Both the position numbers and the translations under genes were made by a program. Under the pieces are notes generated by a model that saw nothing but the letters and a program-made list of their open reading frames with translations, searched no databases and was not told the origin of the DNA. From Alphaproteobacteria bacterium (GTDB lineage Bacteria > Pseudomonadota > Alphaproteobacteria > 16-39-46), in NCBI GenBank assembly GCA_018401675.1, contig JAGYKM010000004.1, forward strand, positions 34,491 through 98,490: DNA of 64,000 nt, in the 5' to 3' direction. Positions within the stretch are counted from its first letter, which is position 1, and the number at the start of each line of letters is the position of its first letter. Shown one piece after another: positions 57,785-64,000 of this stretch.

Positions 57785-59794
57785 TCATTGAGTTGGACCG
57801 TCGTCCAGAAGGCCACGTATTTTCCCTACAATAGCATCCGCAGTCAGCCCAAAATAGGCCATAACGTCCGCACCTGGACCGGAAGCACCAAACCCACTCA
57901 CCCCAAAATGCTCACGCACAGGAGGCAAGTAAGCCGATAGACCTTCCCGCACCCCCGCTTCAATAGAAAAAAGAGGTATGCCTTTCGGAAAAAGGGTTTG
58001 CTTGTATGCCTCGGTTTGGTTTTTATATAACTCCAGACAAGGGGCAGATATGACCCGCACTCCCCTACCTCCCTCTTCCAAAATACGCCTCACCTCTAGG
58101 GCCAATGAAACTTCTGATCCTGTGGCCGCAATCACTAAGCCCAAGGGGTTAATTTCTTCTCTCATGATATACGCACCCCACCGGCTCATATTTTCCGCGC
58201 CAAAGTTTCGACACAAGGGAACCGCTTGTCGGCTAAGCGCTATGATGGAAGGAGCGTCAACAGTTTCCAAAGCACATTCCCAACATTCAGCGGTTTCTAT
58301 TGAGTCAGCTGGTCTATATACATAAGTATTAGGAATAACCCGTAAGGACGCTAAGTGCTCTACAGGCTGGTGGGTAGGCCCATCTTTTCCCAAGGCAATA
58401 GAATCGTGGGTTAAGACATAGATAACGCGAACACCCATTAAAGCCGATAGGCGGATAGCTGGACGCATATAATCACTAAATACCAAAAAGGTACTTCCAT
58501 AAGGAATGAATCCGCCATGGAGCGTCAACCCATTCATGATGGCGCCCAGGGCATGCTCTCGGACGCCGTAATGGATGAACCGACCATGAAAATCCCCAGG
58601 CCTAATGGATGTCATATAGGCGGGTTTGACGTTAGTAGATTCCGTCAAGTCAGCTGATCCCCCCACCAGGGCTGGAATCTCTTTTACCAAAACATCAAGA
58701 ACTCTTCCGGAAGAAACTCGCGTCGCCATGGATGACTGGGAATTTTTTAAGATCTCCTGCTTAAAAAGTGTTAGCTCTTTTTTCCATTCACTTCCCCCTA
58801 GAGGCGCTCGCAAACGATTTAAAAAAGCAGCCTTTTTACCAGGAGAAAGCGTATTAACAGTATGCTCCCACGCCTTTTTGCCCTCATCTCCCCTTTGTCC
58901 ATTTTTTCTCCACAACGCCACCAAGTCTTCCGGGACCTCAAAAGGATCATGGGGCCAATCTAGCGCCTCACGTGTTCTAGCAATCTCTTCGCGGCCCAAA
59001 GGGCTCCCATGAATTTTTTCAGAGCCTTGTTTAGTTGGTGCTCCCCACCCGATTATGGTTCTACATGCGATAAGAGATGGCTTTTGGGACTGTTCAGCTT
59101 TATCCAAGGCTTCTTTAATAGATTCCATATCATAGCCGTCAGTACAAAATACATCCCAATTTGCCGCACGAAATCGAGCCAGAGTATCCTCGGAGGTACT
59201 CAGCCCCGTATTTCCATCAATAGATATATGGTTATCGTCAAATAAAACCGTCAATTTAGAAAGCCCATAATGACCAGCAAAAGAAAGAGCTTCTTGGGTA
59301 ACGCCTTCCATGAGACATCCATCGCCAGCCATGACAAAGGTCTTGTGATTCACCAATTCGCCCCCAAATTCTGCGCGCATCATTTCTTCTGCCAATGCCA
59401 AACCCACGCCGTTAGCAAATCCTTGGCCTAAAGGTCCTGTGGTGGCCTCCACCCCTGGGGTATGCCCATACTCGGGATGACCTGGAGTCATTGATCCTAA
59501 TTGCCTAAACGACTTTAAATCATTTAGGCCTACACCTTTGTATCCATTGAGATACAACAGCGCATATAGCAACATAGAACCATGGCCAGCAGATAAAATA
59601 AATCGATCTCTGTTAAACCATTGAGGATCCGATGCGCTAAACTTTAACGAATGGGTAAAAAGACCCGTGGCCACATCAGCCATACCCATAGGAAAACCAA
59701 GATGACCAGATGCTGCCTGTTCCACAGCATCTATACTTAACAAACGCAAAGCATTTGCCATTTTTTTGAAAACAGACTCGTTAAAAGGTACCAT
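57785..59794 (-). CDS. tkt: Transketolase
   Basis: TPP-binding GHxG...GDGCLMEG, transketolase signature. 669 aa. Confidence 0.95.
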   Translation of the reverse strand: MVPFNESVFKKMANALRLLSIDAVEQAASGHLGFPMGMADVATGLFTHSLKFSASDPQWFNRDRFILSAGHGSMLLYALLYLNGYKGVGLNDLKSFRQLGSMTPGHPEYGHTPGVEATTGPLGQGFANGVGLALAEEMMRAEFGGELVNHKTFVMAGDGCLMEGVTQEALSFAGHYGLSKLTVLFDDNHISIDGNTGLSTSEDTLARFRAANWDVFCTDGYDMESIKEALDKAEQSQKPSLIACRTIIGWGAPTKQGSEKIHGSPLGREEIARTREALDWPHDPFEVPEDLVALWRKNGQRGDEGKKAWEHTVNTLSPGKKAAFLNRLRAPLGGSEWKKELTLFKQEILKNSQSSMATRVSSGRVLDVLVKEIPALVGGSADLTESTNVKPAYMTSIRPGDFHGRFIHYGVREHALGAIMNGLTLHGGFIPYGSTFLVFSDYMRPAIRLSALMGVRVIYVLTHDSIALGKDGPTHQPVEHLASLRVIPNTYVYRPADSIETAECWECALETVDAPSIIALSRQAVPLCRNFGAENMSRWGAYIMREEINPLGLVIAATGSEVSLALEVRRILEEGGRGVRVISAPCLELYKNQTEAYKQTLFPKGIPLFSIEAGVREGLSAYLPPVREHFGVSGFGASGPGADVMAYFGLTADAIVGKIRGLLDDGPTQ

Positions 59795-60870
59795 ATTTTT
59801 TTACTCCATCTTTCTTTCAGACAAACTGTCCCATGGCCCTATTGAGGCTCTAGCAATAAAAACCGCTTGGATTTCTTGTTTCCCACCGATTAAATAGTAC
59901 AGATCATTGGTACATCCGTCCACACTCTTTCAGTATGAACTCTTGATCTCCCTTTTTGAATGGGCATTTCAATTATTTTTTTTACTTTAGATTAGGATTC
60001 TGGTCAAAATTTCGGTTTTATTAAAAAATTTGTCTTTGATCCTTTTGTAAAAACACCCCTAAATTTACTTGATATCATATCTCTTGAATTGGGATAAACA
60101 GTAACGAGTTTGTTTTTACTCTAATCATACGCGTTACCCGTCATAGAGAGAGTCCTACGCTGAATCATGATTCTGTTGGGTCTTTCGTGGGCCGTTCTTT
60201 ATTCTAAGGCAAAAAAAAATGGTCTCATCACCACCACCCTTCGTATATCCCGCAACAACGGCTTGGATACAGGTGATTAAAACCCTCAAAACGACCAAAC
60301 TCATTAAATATTTCATAGATTTTTCCTTCTAACCTTAGCCGAGGGATTTTTCTTCTGGTGACAAAAAATAAGTCACCTTCTTACGTTAAAGAGCGAAGAA
60401 TCTCTTTAGTTTTTATGAAATTCCAATGAAGCCAATTCTCTATCCCCCGGGCTGAATGCTTGGTATAAGCAAAATTCCCCATTGCACCCGCGCTATGGTG
60501 ATAAACTTCAAAACACACCCATATTTTTCGCATCTATCCTTTCGGTAACTTCAGTAAAGCTTGTCCCTATTTACTTAGAAAAAACCTAAGCTGTTATGAT
60601 GTCACGGACAAATTCAGCTCATGCCTATGACGACTGCCAGACTGATTTGATGGCTTCTTGAAGTGTCCTTCATCGTTTTTTATCAAAATTATCAAGGCAA
60701 TTCTGCCTTTACCAAAAACTATGGATATTCCCCCTACTTTTTATGCTTCCCACCACTAGGTTTTCAAAAAAAAACTTGGTATAGGTATAACTTCTGTCAG
60801 CTTTTAGGTGCTCAAGCGGCATCAACGAGAAACTCCCTCTGGCCTCCATTTTCATGAAGGAACTTTAACA

Positions 60871-61680
60871 ATGCCAGCGTCATCTCTTACCGGACGATTC
60901 ATTCGCCCTCTTAGCCTCTGTCTTATTCTCTCCGGTCTTCCTGGGTGTGCACCTCTTTTATTCTTTGGCGCCGGTGTTGGAACCATTGATATGGCTACTC
61001 AAGAACGCGGCCTAAAGGGGGCTGCTACCGATAGCCAAATTCGTGCGGAAATTAATGGCTACTGGTTTGATGACAACATTGATCTTTATAGAAACGTATT
61101 GCTAGCCGTTCAAGATGGGCGGGTCATGGTCATGGGATATGTGCCTACAGACAGTCAACGAGCAAAAGCCATAGAACTGGCATGGAAAGCCACAGGAGTT
61201 AAAGAAGTAATCAATGAAATTATTGTGGGCCCAGAACCTTCTACCTCTTCTGCTTTCGAAGATGTGTGGATCGCGACAAAAATTCGCACCATCATGCTCA
61301 CCTCTCAAGACTTCCCTTCAAATAATTATAGCGTCACAACGGTAAATGGCGTGGTATATCTCCTCGGTATATCCACTAATATCCAAGAGCAAGAACAAGC
61401 CCTGGAAATTTGTAAATCCACACGGGGCGTGACCAAAGTGGTCAACCATCTTTTACTTAAAGCCCAAAGCCCGCATGAACTTTCCTCTCCTCAACCTACC
61501 ACTCCCCAGGATTCGTCTTCAGAAGGGCCTTTTTCTCCAGGCTATGAAGAAACCTCTGACGCCTTGCACCTCACCAAAGAGGAAGCTCGTAGTTATTTGC
61601 CTAGCTCTTCTTCACCAAGCACTATAGGCTCTTCCCTTTCAGGAATTCACGAAGAATCTTTACCTCCTCCTTCGTTTTAG
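60871..61680 (+). CDS. Lipoprotein with two BON domains (OsmY-like)
   Basis: Internal start MPASSL... with signal peptide LCLILSGLPGC. Two BON-like repeats (...VMVMGYVPT...KAIELA...GVKEVINEI and ...VVYLLGIS...ALEICKSTRGVTKVVNHL). Confidence 0.65.
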   Translation: MPASSLTGRFIRPLSLCLILSGLPGCAPLLFFGAGVGTIDMATQERGLKGAATDSQIRAEINGYWFDDNIDLYRNVLLAVQDGRVMVMGYVPTDSQRAKAIELAWKATGVKEVINEIIVGPEPSTSSAFEDVWIATKIRTIMLTSQDFPSNNYSVTTVNGVVYLLGISTNIQEQEQALEICKSTRGVTKVVNHLLLKAQSPHELSSPQPTTPQDSSSEGPFSPGYEETSDALHLTKEEARSYLPSSSSPSTIGSSLSGIHEESLPPPSF

Positions 61681-61717
61681 TCCCCTTCTTAAACCTAACG
61701 ACCCGGGATGATTTTTT

Positions 61718-62701
61718 ATGACTCTTAACGTGGGGTTTCAAGCTGATCCCTTATCCGGCTTGAAGAAAACCAGAGATACTTCCTTATTTCTAGCTCAAGA
61801 AGCCTATGCCCGCGGGCATAAAGTGTTTTTCTTTACCCCAGCCACCCTCCAGCTTTGTCTTACCTCTCCGGCTCACTCGCCTAAATTAACAGCTTCGGGC
61901 TACGAACTTTTTTTTAAACCCTCTGCTAATACCCCCGTCTCTATGTCCTATGAACTCGGGCCACTCCAGCTCCTAGACCTATCTTTCTTTAATGTTCTGT
62001 TCATCCGACAAGATCCCCCAGTAGATATGCATTATATTTCCACTACCTATCTCTTAGACTTTCTGCCAACACAGACATTGGTCATTAACAATCCTTCCTC
62101 TTTACGCAATGCGCCTGAAAAAATACTGCCTTTCTTTTTTCCTGATTTGATGCCCCCTACGCTCATTTCTGACAGTGAGAAAGAAATTCTTACTTTCATA
62201 AAAACCCATAAGACGATTGTCTGTAAATCCCTTTATAATGGAGCTGGACGGGATATATTCTTATTAAAAGAAAACGATCCCAATTGCGCGTCCTTATTAA
62301 CCCACCTTTTAAATACATCCCAAACTCCTTTATTGTTTCAAAAGTATCTCGTCGAAATAAACCAAGGTGATACCAGAGTCCTATTGTTTGACGGAAAAAT
62401 TCTTGGGGCCTATAAAAGGTTTTCTCAAGAAGGCTTCCGAAGCAATGAAGCCATTGGGGGAACTTTACAGCGTTATAAGCTTTCTGATTCCGATCTAATA
62501 ATTGTTTCCCGTCTTATCCCCTTTCTCAAAGAAAGACAAATTTTGTTTGCGGGCGTTGATCTTATTGGGCCTTTCTTAACGGAAATTAATGTAACCTCAC
62601 CCACTGGACTCGTTTCTCTCCAAAATCTTTATGGATCTCACCCCCAAGCCAAGATCTGGGACTCTATAGAACATGGGCTGTCTTCTTCATTGACCCCTTA
62701 G
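61718..62701 (+). CDS. gshB: Glutathione synthetase (prokaryotic ATP-grasp type)
   Basis: Collinear similarity to E. coli GshB: ...DPP.D..YI.TTYLL...TLVIN.P.SLRN..EK...F...L.P.TL......IL.F.......I.K.L.G.GG..IF..KE.DPN........L.......L..Q.YL......GD.RVL..DG......ARI.......NLAAGG......L...D..I......LKE...LF.G.D.IG..LTEINVTSPT. Confidence 0.85.
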   Translation: MTLNVGFQADPLSGLKKTRDTSLFLAQEAYARGHKVFFFTPATLQLCLTSPAHSPKLTASGYELFFKPSANTPVSMSYELGPLQLLDLSFFNVLFIRQDPPVDMHYISTTYLLDFLPTQTLVINNPSSLRNAPEKILPFFFPDLMPPTLISDSEKEILTFIKTHKTIVCKSLYNGAGRDIFLLKENDPNCASLLTHLLNTSQTPLLFQKYLVEINQGDTRVLLFDGKILGAYKRFSQEGFRSNEAIGGTLQRYKLSDSDLIIVSRLIPFLKERQILFAGVDLIGPFLTEINVTSPTGLVSLQNLYGSHPQAKIWDSIEHGLSSSLTP

Positions 62702-62747
62702 TTTCCTCTTTTTAAATGCAGTTGCCTATTTATTTACCCATTTTATA

Positions 62748-63863
62748 ATGTCACATTCCATGCCCTTCGATGTTACGAGACCTCTGGTTCTTAAAAGTTA
62801 TATTCCCTCGGCCCTAGGTATTAAAGTTGTTACCATCACCATGACCGCACCAGTTTTTCCCTGTGGTCTCCTCTTTAAAGGACTGTCCCGTCCTAAAATT
62901 CTTAAGCAATCCATCCAGGCACTATTTAAAAACCTCTCCTTGTCTCTCCCCACCATGGCGCTCACCATCACTATTTCCACAGAGGCTACGTTTCCCCTGT
63001 CACCTGGTTTCGCTCAACCTCTCACAGATAGAGACATGCCTTTTCTTCTGTTACCTGTTGCCATCGGATTTTTTATCACCCTGGATTTGCTTCCCAGATC
63101 AATTTCTCAAGAATACGCTCTATGTGGACTCCTAGATGAACAAGGATCTCTCCTTTTTACCCCAGGCATTTTACCCGTGGCCTTGCTGTGTTCCGAGAAA
63201 AATTTAGGGCTCATTTGTCCTGATGTAAATGGAACGGAAGCTCTGTGGGCCAACACGTCACCCCTGGCCATGGCAGATTTAAGAAGTTTTTGCGAGCATT
63301 TTCATGATGTACCTCTTCCCAACCCCTCTTTGGGATCCCTCGTAACACCATTTCCTCTGTCGCCAGCAAGCATCTCTCCTGGTATCTCGCCTGCCTCTCT
63401 AGACTTGTGTAAAATCGCTCTTCAGAAAGGAAAGCCTCTCCTTTTTCAAAACTTTTCTGTCTCTGCGAAGGAATTTTTACTTACCAGAGTCCTCGAAGCT
63501 CTTTCTCCACTCCTATCCGGCCACGCTTTGTTAAGTCTCAATTGCGCCCTCTCTTTAAAAGGACAACTCACCACCGGACATTTAATGGGTTTTGCCCAAC
63601 CTATTTCTTGGCCAGAAAAATCCTATCTTCTATTTCCCGAATTAGGCATGCCTCCTTTTATTACCATTTTGACTAATCCTTTCGGATGGCGCGAAGAAGA
63701 AGTTGATTCTTTTGTGAGTCATCGGAGATTAATAAAACAAACTGGGTCTCTCGCACCCAGTTGGATTATCTTTAGTGATGGAGAAGCGTCTTCAAGAAAA
63801 GTACATAAAGGAAATATTATTCGCTTGTTCCAAGATGAAGGAGGGGAATTCATGGATTACTGA
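62748..63863 (+). CDS. Hypothetical protein (371 aa)
   Basis: Intact ORF downstream of gshB. Leu/Pro/Ser-rich. No motif recognised. Confidence 0.35.
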   Translation: MSHSMPFDVTRPLVLKSYIPSALGIKVVTITMTAPVFPCGLLFKGLSRPKILKQSIQALFKNLSLSLPTMALTITISTEATFPLSPGFAQPLTDRDMPFLLLPVAIGFFITLDLLPRSISQEYALCGLLDEQGSLLFTPGILPVALLCSEKNLGLICPDVNGTEALWANTSPLAMADLRSFCEHFHDVPLPNPSLGSLVTPFPLSPASISPGISPASLDLCKIALQKGKPLLFQNFSVSAKEFLLTRVLEALSPLLSGHALLSLNCALSLKGQLTTGHLMGFAQPISWPEKSYLLFPELGMPPFITILTNPFGWREEEVDSFVSHRRLIKQTGSLAPSWIIFSDGEASSRKVHKGNIIRLFQDEGGEFMDY

Positions 63864-64000
63864 AGATATATTTAAGGTTCTTATGAATCTTCTTCATAAG
63901 GAAGTATATGATCTATAAATAAGTATTTTTTCTTTTTCCTAAGTACTTAGTATAGGCCTTCAGTTTCGATGCCCACATTGTCCCCTTCTAAATCTCTCCT

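Overview
This 64 kb window is about 40-42% GC and contains no rRNA, tRNA or CRISPR that I could recognise by eye. About half of it is housekeeping genes in long minus-strand blocks: the complete cell-elongation operon mreB-mreC-mreD-mrdA-rodA, DedA, recJ, an SRPBCC/COQ10-like gene, lipA, lpdA-pdhC-pdhB-pdhA, and on the far side typA, gap and tkt, followed by a BON-domain lipoprotein and gshB. The split E1 alpha/beta PDH, the pdh-lipA-SRPBCC linkage and the gene content are consistent with a low-GC alphaproteobacterium of the intracellular Rickettsiales/Holosporales type. That placement is an inference only.

Between pdhA (about 23.6 kb) and typA (about 54.6 kb) lies a roughly 30 kb accessory block with three parts:
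- A two-module NRPS (A-T-E then C-A-T-TE) with an MbtH-like gene, an aromatic amino-acid hydroxylase (PhhA-like) and pterin-4a-carbinolamine dehydratase, and a secreted tandem P-loop kinase-like protein.
- Several signal-peptide hypotheticals, including a degraded paralog fragment.
- A complete VirB-type type IV secretion operon (virB2-3-4-5-6-7-8-9-10, a 750-aa Cys-rich ORF, virB11). The 750-aa ORF is translationally coupled between virB10 and virB11. virB11 carries two frameshifts, no virD4 is visible, and a CI/LexA-like XRE regulator sits at the edge.

The 5' end has an asparagine-synthetase-like C-terminal fragment next to an MsbA/McjD-like ABC exporter, possibly the remains of a lasso-peptide or microcin-like cluster. 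Near recJ there is an orphan DUF4280/PAAR-like small protein with a secreted partner.

Many genes are broken across frames: rodA, the NRPS in four or more places, the thioesterase, virB11 and an ~800-aa hypothetical. This is either real pseudogenisation in a reduced genome or indel sequencing error, and I cannot tell which from the sequence alone. All product calls rest on motifs recognised in the supplied translations. No database searches were run.
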